Part shown: piece by piece, positions 18,748 to 28,223 of the stretch
Layout: each line of letters opens with the position of its first letter
Numbering within the stretch: the stretch's first letter is position 1
From: Candidatus Omnitrophota bacterium
Lineage (GTDB): Bacteria; Omnitrophota; Gorgyraeia; Gorgyraeales; Gorgyraeaceae
Length of the DNA: 64,000 bases
Reading direction: 5' to 3'
Assembly: GCA_043814965.1 (NCBI GenBank)
Contig: JBDRJN010000006.1
Coordinates: forward strand, 71,838 to 135,837
Program-made: the position numbers and the translations under genes
Notes under the pieces: model-generated
The model's input: only the letters and a program-made list of their open reading frames with translations
Databases searched by the model: none
Told to the model about the DNA's origin: nothing

Positions 18748-20130
18748 ATGAATATGAACTATCAGGAAACAGTAGATTATATAGATTCCTTTATAAATTT
18801 CGAGAGGATACCGGAGTATGCGTATGAGTCTAGTTTTAGGCTTGATAGGATGCATGCTTTCTTGAATGAACTGGGAAACCCTCACAAAGATTTAAAAGCA
18901 ATCCACATTGCTGGTTCCAAAGGAAAGGGCTCCACGTGCGCTATGATCAGCAATATTTTAAGGCATGCCGGATACAAGGTGGGGCTTTATACTTCTCCGC
19001 ATCTATTGGATGTGAGAGAACGGATCAGGGTTTTAGGTCACAAGCCACAAGCCACAAGCCACAAGCCAGATGAATTCGAGGGAGTGATAGAAAAAGAAGA
19101 GTTTGTTGAATTAGTTGACAGAATAAAACCAAGCTGTGAAAGATTTAGAGACCATAAAGAATTAGGGAGATTGTCATTTTTTGAGATATTGACAGCTTTG
19201 GCTTTTTTATATTTTAAGGAAAAAAAAGTAGACTATGTTGTCTTAGAGACTGGGCTTGGGGGAAGGCTTGACGCGACTAATATCATAGTGCCTCTAGCCT
19301 CAGGGATCACTGCTATCAGCATGGAACACGCTGATAAATTAGGAGATTCTTTAAAAAAAATAGCGCAGGAAAAAGCCGGGATCGTGAAAGATAATGGGAT
19401 ATTATTTACTGTAAGGCAAAAAAAAGAAGTGGCCAATGTTTTAAAAGATAGTTGCAGCAAAAAGAAAGCCGCATATAATGAAGTCGGAAAAGATGCGGTC
19501 TTTAATATTATAGGTGTAGAAGGATCAGGGTGTTCTTTTGATATCAAGGGCCCTGGCTATCTATATAAAGGCCTTAGGATCAATCTGATAGGAAAGCATC
19601 AGGTTGAGAACGCAGCTCTAGCAGTAAGTATAGTAAAACATATAGATAAATACAATGCTATAAAAGAAGAGGCAATAAGAGAGGCTCTTTCCAATATATC
19701 ATGGCCAGGAAGGATGCAGGTAATACAAAGGGGTCCTTTTGTGATACTGGATGGGGCGCAGGATGTCATGAGTATTAGGGCGCTTTTATCCTCTATAAAA
19801 GATATCTTTACTTATAAAAGACTGATCTGTGTATTTGGCGCGTCAAGCGACAAGGATGTTTCAGGGATAGCCAAGGCCCTGGAAAGAAAGATCGATATAT
19901 TGTTTTTAACAAGGTCTAAAAACAAAAGAGCGTTCGACCCGCTCTATTTAAAAAGATATTTTAACATCAAGGATATTTATCTAAGCAATGACGTAGAAGA
20001 AGCCATAGATGGTTCTTTAGGGATCACGGACAAGAAAGACCTGGTGATCATAACAGGGTCTTTGTATGTAGTAGGAGAAGCGCTTGATTTTTTTAAAAGA
20101 GGCAAGGTGTATGAAACATGCGTTAGCTGA
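18748..20130 (+). CDS. folC: Folylpolyglutamate synthase/dihydrofolate synthase
   Basis: IHIAGSKGKGST, GLYTSPHL, ETGLGGRLDATN, WPGR, ILDGA, ITGSLYVVG. Confidence 0.96.
   Translation: MNMNYQETVDYIDSFINFERIPEYAYESSFRLDRMHAFLNELGNPHKDLKAIHIAGSKGKGSTCAMISNILRHAGYKVGLYTSPHLLDVRERIRVLGHKPQATSHKPDEFEGVIEKEEFVELVDRIKPSCERFRDHKELGRLSFFEILTALAFLYFKEKKVDYVVLETGLGGRLDATNIIVPLASGITAISMEHADKLGDSLKKIAQEKAGIVKDNGILFTVRQKKEVANVLKDSCSKKKAAYNEVGKDAVFNIIGVEGSGCSFDIKGPGYLYKGLRINLIGKHQVENAALAVSIVKHIDKYNAIKEEAIREALSNISWPGRMQVIQRGPFVILDGAQDVMSIRALLSSIKDIFTYKRLICVFGASSDKDVSGIAKALERKIDILFLTRSKNKRAFDPLYLKRYFNIKDIYLSNDVEEAIDGSLGITDKKDLVIITGSLYVVGEALDFFKRGKVYETCVS
19039..19066 (+). repeat. Perfect heptamer tandem repeat (CACAAGC)x4 inside folC
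   Basis: Directly visible. Encodes HKPQATSHK just after ERIRV. Confidence 0.9.
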
Positions 20131-21505
20131 TGATACAATTGTAGCTATCTCAACTCCTGTCGGAGAAGGCGGTATAGGAATAGTGCGCCTTAGCGGAGGA
20201 GATGCTATAGATATAGCCAAAAAGATCTTTATCTCTAAAACCAAAAAAGATATTTCTAGGTCCAAGACATATACTATACATTATGGGCATGCCGTCGATA
20301 ATAAAAAAAAGATAATAGACGAAGTCATCTTAAGTGTGATGAAGTCACCCAAGAGCTATACAAGGGAAGATATAGTCGAGATAAACTGCCATAGCGGTAT
20401 AGTACCTTTAAAAAAGATCCTGAACCTAGCGCTTATCAGCGGGGCGCGCCTTGCAGAGCCAGGTGAATTTACAAAAAGGGCATTTCTTAACGGCAGGGTC
20501 GACATATTACAGGCTGAATCCGTGCTTGATGTAATAAAGGCAAAGACAGAGCTTTCTCTGAAAGCAGCATTAAATAACCTGGAAGGCCATTTTTCTAAAA
20601 AAGTCAATGTCATAAGAGATGAGCTGTTGGATGCGCTGTCTGATCTGGAGGCGTGTATTGATTTTTCAGAAGAAGATATCTTGAGGAAAAATAAAAAGAA
20701 TATCCTGGGGAGATTGAAGTCAACAGCCAGAGATATAAACAAGCTTATTAAAACAGGTGACCAGGGCAAGATACTTAGACAGGGCATACGTACAGTGATC
20801 TGCGGCAGTCCTAATGTCGGAAAATCAAGCCTCATGAACGCTCTTTTAAAAGAATCAAGGGCTATTGTGACTCATATACCAGGGACTACACGGGATACTA
20901 TAGAGGAGTTTGTAAATATGAAAGGCCTTCCTATAGTCTTGATAGATACGGCAGGTATAAATAATACCAAATGTATTATAGAAAGAGAAGGGATCAAGAG
21001 AAGCCGGGTTTCAATAGAAAACGCAGACCTAATATTATTTTTGCTGGATCATTCGAGAAAGATCAAAAAGAGCGATCTAGATATCATGAAAAAAATAATC
21101 AATAAAGAAAACCTGATAGTGGTTATCAATAAGAAAGACCTTAAAAAAAAGATAGACCCAAGCAGAGTAAAAATAGTATTAAGAAACAAGAATACAGTTT
21201 ATGTCTCAGCGCTTAATATGCAGGGCATAGATAAGCTGGAAAGAATGATCGAAGAGAAGGTCTTTCACGGCAAAGCTCCCAGCGCAGACTTTACCAGCGC
21301 TTCCAATGATAGGCAGTTATCTCTTTTGAGACATGGTTTGTCGGATATAGATGAAGCGATCGCGGCATTAAAAAAAGGTGTTTCTTTGGATTGTATTTCT
21401 ATATATATAAGGTCAGCGATAGAAAAGATAGGAGAATTGACAGGGCATACTGTCACTGAAAGCGCTTTGGATAAGATATTTTCAAAATTTTGTATAGGCA
21501 AATAG
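20111..21505 (+). CDS. mnmE: tRNA modification GTPase MnmE
   Basis: [52 protein letters not shown]. Start moved to ATG 20111, overlapping the end of folC. Confidence 0.97.
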   Translation: MKHALADDTIVAISTPVGEGGIGIVRLSGGDAIDIAKKIFISKTKKDISRSKTYTIHYGHAVDNKKKIIDEVILSVMKSPKSYTREDIVEINCHSGIVPLKKILNLALISGARLAEPGEFTKRAFLNGRVDILQAESVLDVIKAKTELSLKAALNNLEGHFSKKVNVIRDELLDALSDLEACIDFSEEDILRKNKKNILGRLKSTARDINKLIKTGDQGKILRQGIRTVICGSPNVGKSSLMNALLKESRAIVTHIPGTTRDTIEEFVNMKGLPIVLIDTAGINNTKCIIEREGIKRSRVSIENADLILFLLDHSRKIKKSDLDIMKKIINKENLIVVINKKDLKKKIDPSRVKIVLRNKNTVYVSALNMQGIDKLERMIEEKVFHGKAPSADFTSASNDRQLSLLRHGLSDIDEAIAALKKGVSLDCISIYIRSAIEKIGELTGHTVTESALDKIFSKFCIGK

Positions 21506-21513
21506 GAGGAAAA

Positions 21514-22071
21514 ATGGATAAGAGCAAGATAAAAAAAGCAGTGAGGATGATACTTGAAGCTATCGGTGATGATCCGGATAGGGATGACCTAAAAAAGACG
21601 CCTGAAAGAGTAGCAGATATGTATGAGGAGATATTCAGCGGTATATCTAAAAATCCTGAAAAGGAATTAGAGATACTGCTTTCAGAAAAGCATGAAGAGA
21701 TAGTGCTTTTAAAAGGTATACCTCTTTATTCAGTATGCGAACATCATCTCTTGCCTTTTGTAGGCAAAGCTCATATAGCGTATATTCCCAAAAACAATAA
21801 GGTCACAGGCCTTAGTAAGCTTGCCAGGATCGTTGATATACTCTCAAAACGCCTTCAAGTACAGGAAAGGCTTACCACTGAAATAGCCGAAGTAGTCATG
21901 AAGAAATTGAAGCCGAGAGGGGTCATGGTAGTGCTGGAGGCAGAACATCTTTGCATGAGCATGCGGGGAGTAAAAACACCAGGAGTCACTACTACAACAA
22001 GCGCGGTAAGAGGGGTCTTTAAAGAAAGCTCCAAAACCCGCTCCGAAACCTTATCATTAATAAAGAGTTAA
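21514..22071 (+). CDS. folE: GTP cyclohydrolase I
   Basis: [47 protein letters not shown] before ATG 21514. Confidence 0.97.
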   Translation: MDKSKIKKAVRMILEAIGDDPDRDDLKKTPERVADMYEEIFSGISKNPEKELEILLSEKHEEIVLLKGIPLYSVCEHHLLPFVGKAHIAYIPKNNKVTGLSKLARIVDILSKRLQVQERLTTEIAEVVMKKLKPRGVMVVLEAEHLCMSMRGVKTPGVTTTTSAVRGVFKESSKTRSETLSLIKS

Positions 22072-22099
22072 TTATATAACTAATTGATATTAATAAAGT

Positions 22100-22133
22100 T
22101 ACCATAGGGGACCCTTAAGGGTCCCCTATGGTA
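22100..22133. repeat. REP-type perfect palindrome, copy 1
   Basis: TACCATAGGGGACCCTTAAGGGTCCCCTATGGTA, a 34-bp perfect palindrome. Confidence 0.9.
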
Positions 22134-22153
22134 TAACCTATGTAAAATTTTTA

Positions 22154-22182
22154 TTGACATAACTACTGGTTTTTAGTACAAT
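22154..22182 (+). promoter_or_regulatory. Sigma70-type promoter of the 709-aa gene
   Basis: TTGACA-N17-TACAAT. Confidence 0.7.
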
Positions 22183-22215
22183 ATATCTATAATTAAATAT
22201 TCATAAAAACAGCAT

Positions 22216-22251
22216 GGCGTCATGGGAAGATCCAGAAAGACGCCTTTTTTT
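22216..22251 (+). terminator. Leader hairpin followed by a T-run (possible attenuator)
   Basis: GGCGTC...GACGCC + T7, lying between the promoter and ATG 22310. Confidence 0.45.
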
Positions 22252-22309
22252 GTCTAAAACTATAGTGTAGTTTTAAAAAGTATACTACAGAATAAAATAG
22301 GAGGGTAAA

Positions 22310-24439
22310 ATGTCAATTTCTAGAAAAGATTTGTCAGCCAAAGTAGTAAGGTTTGTCGTATTAGGAATATTTATATTTAGTAATATTGCCTATGCTGATC
22401 TTATAGAAAGCCATTTAAGGCCTGAAATGGGAAAGGAAAATCTTAAGGAGGCCGCGGCACAGGTCATATTAAGAGATACTAAAAAACCGGACGCTGGCCA
22501 TACAGAAGCAGTATTGGGTGCCTGGAATGCAGCTATGAAGGGTCGATATGACGAAGCCTATAGTTTGGTTTTTGAAGGTTTGTTAGGAGAGGATGCTGTG
22601 GTGAATATAGATACCGCTATAGGCATATTAAATGCTTTAATGGTTTATTATGGTATAAATACCGATAACGGATTAGAGCTTGAAGAAGTTGTAAGTGTTG
22701 TTGAAAAACACAAGGGTTCAAAAGACCAGACTTTAATGAAAGATGAGTTAAGGGCTCTTATTGGAGTATACCCTTCCGAAGACGGTGTAATTAATATGTT
22801 CAAGCAAAGGCTAAAGGAGAAAGGAACGCATATTATATACGGAGATGAATACCGTACAGGTAGATATGATGATGGTTGGTATTATCAGCCGGAAATAAAA
22901 GATTTCATAGATGAGAAATCTATCATAGGCGCTTCTAAAAAAGCTTTTGAAATATTAAAAGAATATGAGGATTTCGAATTTCAAATAACAAAAATACCAC
23001 AAGTAGAGTATTATAAGGAAAAAGTAGGTGAGGACGAATATCATTTGGGAGGTTCTTCGCCTCTTCCTAATCCTATAATTGATATTTGTCAGGATGTCTA
23101 CAAATTAAAAGAAAGAGGAGAAATAACTGTAAGGCCTAAAGGAGAAAAAAGAGATTTTAGTGTTGTTAGTATTCAGCCAAAATCAACGCCAGATAAGGGT
23201 ATAATAGAGTCTGATTTTACAGGTATAACACTTACGAAAGACATATATATAGCCAAAAGCAAAGATTTTAAGCCTGAGTTTACATGGAGAGAAAGAGGAA
23301 GGTTGAAACGCAGGATAAAAACTCTTTTTAAAGGGGAAAATGCAAGACAAACAGCTTTAAATGCAGTATACGCATTAGCTCAAAATACAGGATATATTAT
23401 TCCAGAACTGGTCTGGGAGTCTAGAGATATAGGGGAATTTCGGATGAAATGTGATACTATTTCTAAAATCGTAGGATATTTATCAAAAAAAATAGATATT
23501 TTTGGAGCAGTTAATAGTATTAAATCTGAAGACCTTTTTCAAGCAGAAGAATTTGAAAAAAAGTATGGATATTTTTCAGCTAAATATGAAAACGGGAAAT
23601 TGACTATAATTTCTCCGCCTGAGAATGTTCCTTTAGCTCAGGACATGATTACTAAAGATAATCTTCTTGACGATTGGCAGAGAAAAAATAGAGATCATAG
23701 GATCAATAACAATTTTAATACGCCTAAGGATAAAACAATCGCTTATTCAGCTTATAAAAAGATAGCCGACTATTTAAATAGCCAAGGTAAGCTTGATTAT
23801 ATCAATAATGTAATAGATGTGAGTAAGCTTTCTAAAGCTGTCGAGTTTAAAAAAGATTACGGAGATTTTAAAGTAGTGTTCAATAAAAAAACTGATACAG
23901 AATCGTATATAGATACAGAAACAATATTTGTAGAAAAGTTTAATCGTAGTGATATGTATAAAGGTCTAGACGCATCTACTGCTCATTGGATAATGGATCA
24001 AGTAGAACAAATGGAAATACCGCTGGTAGAGAAACAAGTCCAGGTAATGAAAACAAGAGAATTTGACAAAAGCTACATCACTATTTCTCCTCTAACCAGA
24101 TTAACTGACCTCAAACTTACACCCGTATTCTTCATGGATACTGATGTAGTCAATAACAAGGAAGGGTTTGAAAAGGCTTTAGCACAGTTAAGGAAGAACG
24201 AAGGCAATATACCTACAATAGTATTAAACAACGAGACCGAGGCAGATGTAAGAGAGAAACTAAAGGGCATTGATCTGGGCGGTGTGGTATTCCAGACTCA
24301 AGATGCGCTTGGCTTAAAAGACTTTGACCTAGCAAGTCTAAAAGCTTCTATAGAAGGCATAGATGATCTTATGGCTATACCTATAACAGAAGCTTTAAAG
24401 ACAAAATACCCACCTTTAGCTCACGCAACCCAAGGCTAA
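22310..24439 (+). CDS. Hypothetical secreted protein (709 aa)
   Basis: Long ORF with RBS AGGAGGG and a Sec-type signal peptide (…FIFSNIAYA/D). No family recognised. Confidence 0.75.
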   Translation: MSISRKDLSAKVVRFVVLGIFIFSNIAYADLIESHLRPEMGKENLKEAAAQVILRDTKKPDAGHTEAVLGAWNAAMKGRYDEAYSLVFEGLLGEDAVVNIDTAIGILNALMVYYGINTDNGLELEEVVSVVEKHKGSKDQTLMKDELRALIGVYPSEDGVINMFKQRLKEKGTHIIYGDEYRTGRYDDGWYYQPEIKDFIDEKSIIGASKKAFEILKEYEDFEFQITKIPQVEYYKEKVGEDEYHLGGSSPLPNPIIDICQDVYKLKERGEITVRPKGEKRDFSVVSIQPKSTPDKGIIESDFTGITLTKDIYIAKSKDFKPEFTWRERGRLKRRIKTLFKGENARQTALNAVYALAQNTGYIIPELVWESRDIGEFRMKCDTISKIVGYLSKKIDIFGAVNSIKSEDLFQAEEFEKKYGYFSAKYENGKLTIISPPENVPLAQDMITKDNLLDDWQRKNRDHRINNNFNTPKDKTIAYSAYKKIADYLNSQGKLDYINNVIDVSKLSKAVEFKKDYGDFKVVFNKKTDTESYIDTETIFVEKFNRSDMYKGLDASTAHWIMDQVEQMEIPLVEKQVQVMKTREFDKSYITISPLTRLTDLKLTPVFFMDTDVVNNKEGFEKALAQLRKNEGNIPTIVLNNETEADVREKLKGIDLGGVVFQTQDALGLKDFDLASLKASIEGIDDLMAIPITEALKTKYPPLAHATQG

Positions 24440-24466
24440 ATTCTTTAGATAATATAGATATAAACC

Positions 24467-24492
24467 GTAGGGGACCCTTAAGGGTCCCCTAC
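24467..24492. repeat. REP-type perfect palindrome, copy 2
   Basis: GTAGGGGACCCTTAAGGGTCCCCTAC. Confidence 0.9.
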
Positions 24493-24494
24493 AT

Positions 24495-24556
24495 TGTGGA
24501 TAAGGTTGTTATGGATAGGGTTATGGATAAACGTGAATAAGTGCGGTAGTGAATAA
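24495..24556 (-). promoter_or_regulatory. Cluster of DnaA-box-like 9-mers
   Basis: TGTGGATAA (perfect reverse complement of TTATCCACA) at 24495, then TATGGATAG 24510, TATGGATAA 24522, CGTGAATAA 24532 and AGTGAATAA 24548, all in the same orientation. Confidence 0.55.
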
Positions 24557-24557
24557 C

Positions 24558-26087
24558 TTATATCCATATATTCCTATCAAGGCTTCTGTATTGGATCGCT
24601 TCTGATATATGAACTGATTCGATATCTTCTTTAGCATCCAGATCCGCGATAGTGCGCGAGACCTTTAAGATCTTGTCATAACATCTAGCGCTAAAGCCAA
24701 GCTCAGTTATAGCTGTTTTTAGCAGATCCTTGGATATTTCATCCAGCCTGCAGTATTTCCTGATAAGCTTATAATCCATCTCAGAATTCAAGGATATGTT
24801 CTCATCCTTAAATCTATCAAGCTGTATCTTTCTTGTCTTCTCAACCCTTTCCCTGATATCCCTGGATGGTTCCCCGCTTTTTTCATTTGAGAGGTCTTTA
24901 TATTTTAAAGAAGGTACTTCTATATGGATATCTATCCTGTCTAAGAGCGGGCCGGAGATCTTGGAACGGTATTTATGGATCTGGTTCGGGGTGCACCTAC
25001 AGATGGATCTTGATTCTCCAAATCCTCCGCACGGGCATGGATTCATGGCTCCTACGAGCATTATCCTGGCTGGAAATTCTATAGAGTCATTCATACGGGA
25101 TATATTTATTGAACAGTCTTCCAGAGGCTGCCTCAAGGCCTCCAGGACATTCCTATTGAATTCAGGGAGCTCATCCATAAAGAGTACTCCATTTTGCGCA
25201 AGGCTTATTTCTCCTGGCCTTGGCGTGCTGCCTCCGCCTACTATTGATACGTGGCTGGCAGTATGGTGAGGGGACCTGAATGGCCTGGATGTGATCAAGC
25301 GGGATCTATTTGAACTTAGATGAGATACGCTGTAGATCTTACTTGTATCGATTATTTCTTCTATGGTCATGTCTGGCAAAATAGTAGGGAGTCTTTTTGC
25401 AAGCATGGTCTTTCCGCTTCCAGGAGGGCCCAGGAGTATTATATTGTGATTGCCAGAAGCAGCTATCTCAAGAGCCCTCTTAGCATAATACTGGCCTTTT
25501 ACATCTGAGAAATCTATATCATAAGGTTTATTTTTTTCTACAGGTTGATCCGGGGAATCTTTAAGAGGCGCTATAGAGCTTATACCATTTACGATATTAC
25601 ATACATCTATCAACGTGTCTACAGCATATATCTCCATGTCTTTTACTACCTTTACTTCATGAGAATTGTTCTTAGGCAGTATAAGTTTTTTACTGCTATT
25701 CTTTAAAGACATTGCAATAGGCAGGGCGCCCTTGATAGGCCTAAGTTTTCCGTTCAAAGAGAGCTCTCCTAAAAATACAAAATCCTCAATATTTTTACGG
25801 TCTATCTGTTCAGAAGATGCAAGTATACCTATCGCAATTGGGAGATCAAAGCAAGGCCCTTCTTTTTTGAGGTCACAAGGCGCCAGGTTTATAGTGATCT
25901 TTTGAGTAGGGTAATGTAAGGAGCTATTCTTTATAGCTGTTTTCACCCTATCCCTGGATTCTTTTATTACTGCATCCGGAAGCCCGCCTATTACAATAGC
26001 TGGTAAGCCGTTTGTTATGTCTATCTCGATCTCTATGGGTTTTCCCTCGATCCCTATGGTGGCAGCTGAGTGTATTTTTGACAGCAT
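24558..26087 (-). CDS. comM: ComM/YifB Mg-chelatase-like AAA+ ATPase
   Basis: GLPD...KESRDRV, ITINLAP, FDLPIA, GPPGSGKTM, PFRSPHH, PGEISLA, MNPCPCG, SGPLLDRID. Confidence 0.95.
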   Translation of the reverse strand: MLSKIHSAATIGIEGKPIEIEIDITNGLPAIVIGGLPDAVIKESRDRVKTAIKNSSLHYPTQKITINLAPCDLKKEGPCFDLPIAIGILASSEQIDRKNIEDFVFLGELSLNGKLRPIKGALPIAMSLKNSSKKLILPKNNSHEVKVVKDMEIYAVDTLIDVCNIVNGISSIAPLKDSPDQPVEKNKPYDIDFSDVKGQYYAKRALEIAASGNHNIILLGPPGSGKTMLAKRLPTILPDMTIEEIIDTSKIYSVSHLSSNRSRLITSRPFRSPHHTASHVSIVGGGSTPRPGEISLAQNGVLFMDELPEFNRNVLEALRQPLEDCSINISRMNDSIEFPARIMLVGAMNPCPCGGFGESRSICRCTPNQIHKYRSKISGPLLDRIDIHIEVPSLKYKDLSNEKSGEPSRDIRERVEKTRKIQLDRFKDENISLNSEMDYKLIRKYCRLDEISKDLLKTAITELGFSARCYDKILKVSRTIADLDAKEDIESVHISEAIQYRSLDRNIWI

Positions 26088-26142
26088 AAGACCTCCTTTA
26101 TGTAGGTTCGGACAATAAGCTCTATGGAGTTTCCATGACTTA

Positions 26143-26187
26143 GGCCCTCACTTATATATGACAAAAAATAAGGCTATTTTCTTTCAA
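26143..26187 (-). promoter_or_regulatory. Conserved upstream motif (copy at comM)
   Basis: Minus strand TTGAAAGAAAA..TTTGTC..AGGGCC. The same blocks and spacing occur at 50413-50457. Confidence 0.5.
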
Positions 26188-26223
26188 GTGGGTTAAATTT
26201 TTTTTAAATAGGTCAGGGCTAAC

Positions 26224-26252
26224 TTGACAATCTCAATATCATAATGTATACT
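26224..26252 (+). promoter_or_regulatory. Sigma70-type promoter of the porin pair
   Basis: TTGACA-N17-TATACT. Confidence 0.7.
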
Positions 26253-26307
26253 TCATTATAAATTAGCATAATCTATTATATTGTTTTATAAGGAAAGGTT
26301 ATATTTT

Positions 26308-27165
26308 ATGAAGAAAGGTTATGGTGTCTATTTTTTATTATTAGCATCTATACTTATTTATCAAGGCGTTTCTTATGCAGCTACAGTTGGTAATCCGCTT
26401 GACCTGGATGTTCCAAGCAATTCTTCTATGTTACGCCAGAGAGTAATAGAAGGGACCATGGATGAGGCAGAGCAGATGATAAAGATAAAGACATCCCTTG
26501 ATCTGGAGTTTGTTTTTGATAAAGATCTGGATAGTTCATCAGAAGTCGGCAGTCCTGAGATCAGCGGCCAGTGGCATATGGTCAAAATAGGCGCAACTGT
26601 ACTCGATAGAGTAGAACCCTATATAAAGCTTGGTACTTCAGTATTGACAGCTGAATGGAAACAGAATAATCAGTCTAATATAGAGGTAGAGTCTGAGACA
26701 GGTTTTGCATGGGGAGCTGGATTAAAAGCGGTTTTGTGGGATTTTGATGATTGGGGAGTGCGCCTTACCGGAGACTTGCAATACAGGCACGCAGAGCCAG
26801 ACGCGGCTGAGATCACAAAAAATGCTTCAACAGTGACTGATACTGGAGCGGATTTTGAAATAAGTGAATATCAATTATCATTTATTGCGAGTAAAAAATT
26901 TGAACTTCCATTGAAATGGCAAAGCCTTTTTATTGTGCCTTACGCAGGGTTTAGCCTTTCAGATTCAACTGTAGATGTAAGTTTTAAAGACCCGAATGCG
27001 CCAGGAGCGGCATATTCTCTTTTTAATGCAAGTAATGGCGAGAAACTCGGGCTTATTTTTGGGTGCGATATACTGCCGAGCCTAACGAGTTCTTTTATCT
27101 ATAGCCTGGAGCTTAGGCTGATAAATGAGCTTGCTTTAAGCCTCGGGGGAACAGTGAAGTTTTAA
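26308..27165 (+). CDS. Outer-membrane porin-like protein resembling chlamydial MOMP
   Basis: Signal peptide, then ATVGNP, FVFDKDL, EYQLSF, PYAGFSLS and LELRLINE...GTVKF. ATG 26308 preferred over TTG 26281. Confidence 0.7.
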   Translation: MKKGYGVYFLLLASILIYQGVSYAATVGNPLDLDVPSNSSMLRQRVIEGTMDEAEQMIKIKTSLDLEFVFDKDLDSSSEVGSPEISGQWHMVKIGATVLDRVEPYIKLGTSVLTAEWKQNNQSNIEVESETGFAWGAGLKAVLWDFDDWGVRLTGDLQYRHAEPDAAEITKNASTVTDTGADFEISEYQLSFIASKKFELPLKWQSLFIVPYAGFSLSDSTVDVSFKDPNAPGAAYSLFNASNGEKLGLIFGCDILPSLTSSFIYSLELRLINELALSLGGTVKF

Positions 27166-27186
27166 AAAAATATTTAGGAGCTTAAT

Positions 27187-28023
27187 ATGAAAAATATCAT
27201 ATCAGTTTTAATTATATTAGCTTTTGCGAGCCCTAGTTTCGCAATGTCAATAGGCGGCCCAGACATGAGTATCCCTGAAAAGCCGCTCTACACTAAAGAT
27301 AAAGCTGTCAACAGGGAATTGGATAAATATGAATTCAATACAAACTTGAGGGCTGGGGCGGAGATGGAGCTTATATTTGGAAGAGAGCTGGAAGGGGCAG
27401 AGGCAGATATCTCAAAGGCTGAGCTTAAAGGCCAGAACTATATGATCAAATTCTCTAATAATTTCAATAATATATTCGAGCCTTATATAAAAATAGGCAC
27501 TTCTAATCTCAAAGCTGAATGGACCCAGTATGGTGAATCTATAGAGGTTACAGGGGACCCTGGTTTTATATGGTGCATGGGCGCAAAGGCTATCTTGGCA
27601 GATATAAAGGATTATGGGGTCAAAGTCTCTTTTGACATGCAGCATAGGAGCCTTGATACAAAGATAGATACAGCAAAGAGAGGCGGAACAACCATAGGTT
27701 CTATGAAAGATGAGGAATTTACATTAAAAGAGTGGCAATTCAGCTTGATGGCCAGCAAGAAATATATATTTCCCTTTAAACAAGAAGACTATTATGTGAT
27801 CCCTTACGGGGGCATAACATATTCACTTACAGACGTTAATGTCAGATTTACTGAGCCTTCAGGCAGAGAGGTCTCCACTTATAACGCAGATGATAAGAAT
27901 GACTTTGGTTTTGTATTGGGTTTTGATGTGATGCCTTCCCTTTCAAGCTGGTACCTGTTTAACTTCGAGATGAAACTCATAAATGAGTTTGCCATTACCA
28001 TGGGCAGCACCATAAAGTTCTAA
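27187..28023 (+). CDS. Second MOMP-like outer-membrane protein (tandem paralog)
   Basis: Signal peptide. Shares EPYIKIGTS, EWQFSL.ASKK, PYGGITYS and EMKLINE...STIKF with the upstream gene. Confidence 0.7.
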   Translation: MKNIISVLIILAFASPSFAMSIGGPDMSIPEKPLYTKDKAVNRELDKYEFNTNLRAGAEMELIFGRELEGAEADISKAELKGQNYMIKFSNNFNNIFEPYIKIGTSNLKAEWTQYGESIEVTGDPGFIWCMGAKAILADIKDYGVKVSFDMQHRSLDTKIDTAKRGGTTIGSMKDEEFTLKEWQFSLMASKKYIFPFKQEDYYVIPYGGITYSLTDVNVRFTEPSGREVSTYNADDKNDFGFVLGFDVMPSLSSWYLFNFEMKLINEFAITMGSTIKF

Positions 28024-28058
28024 ATAGTTTTTTATAATATTTTTATAGTCAAGTAGTA

Positions 28059-28110
28059 GTAGGGGAGCCTTAAGGCTCCCCTACGTTTTAGAAGGCTACG
28101 TTTTAGAAGG
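28059..28110. repeat. REP-type palindrome copy 3 (compensatory variant) plus a 15-bp direct repeat
   Basis: GTAGGGGAGCCTTAAGGCTCCCCTAC (28059-28084), then CTACGTTTTAGAAGG x2 (28081-28110). Confidence 0.85.
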
Positions 28111-28223
28111 CAACCTCAGGTATTTTTCTTTTTACTTGCCATAGTACCTATCTGTTATATATAATACTATACTAGCCATAACTGATCGGGGTGTATTTAG
28201 AAATACGATCTTAAGGAGAGATA

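Noticed and set aside
16936-22071. purH-folC-mnmE-folE as a novel folate system
   Set aside because: All are ordinary housekeeping genes. The folate-themed clustering is plausible but unremarkable.
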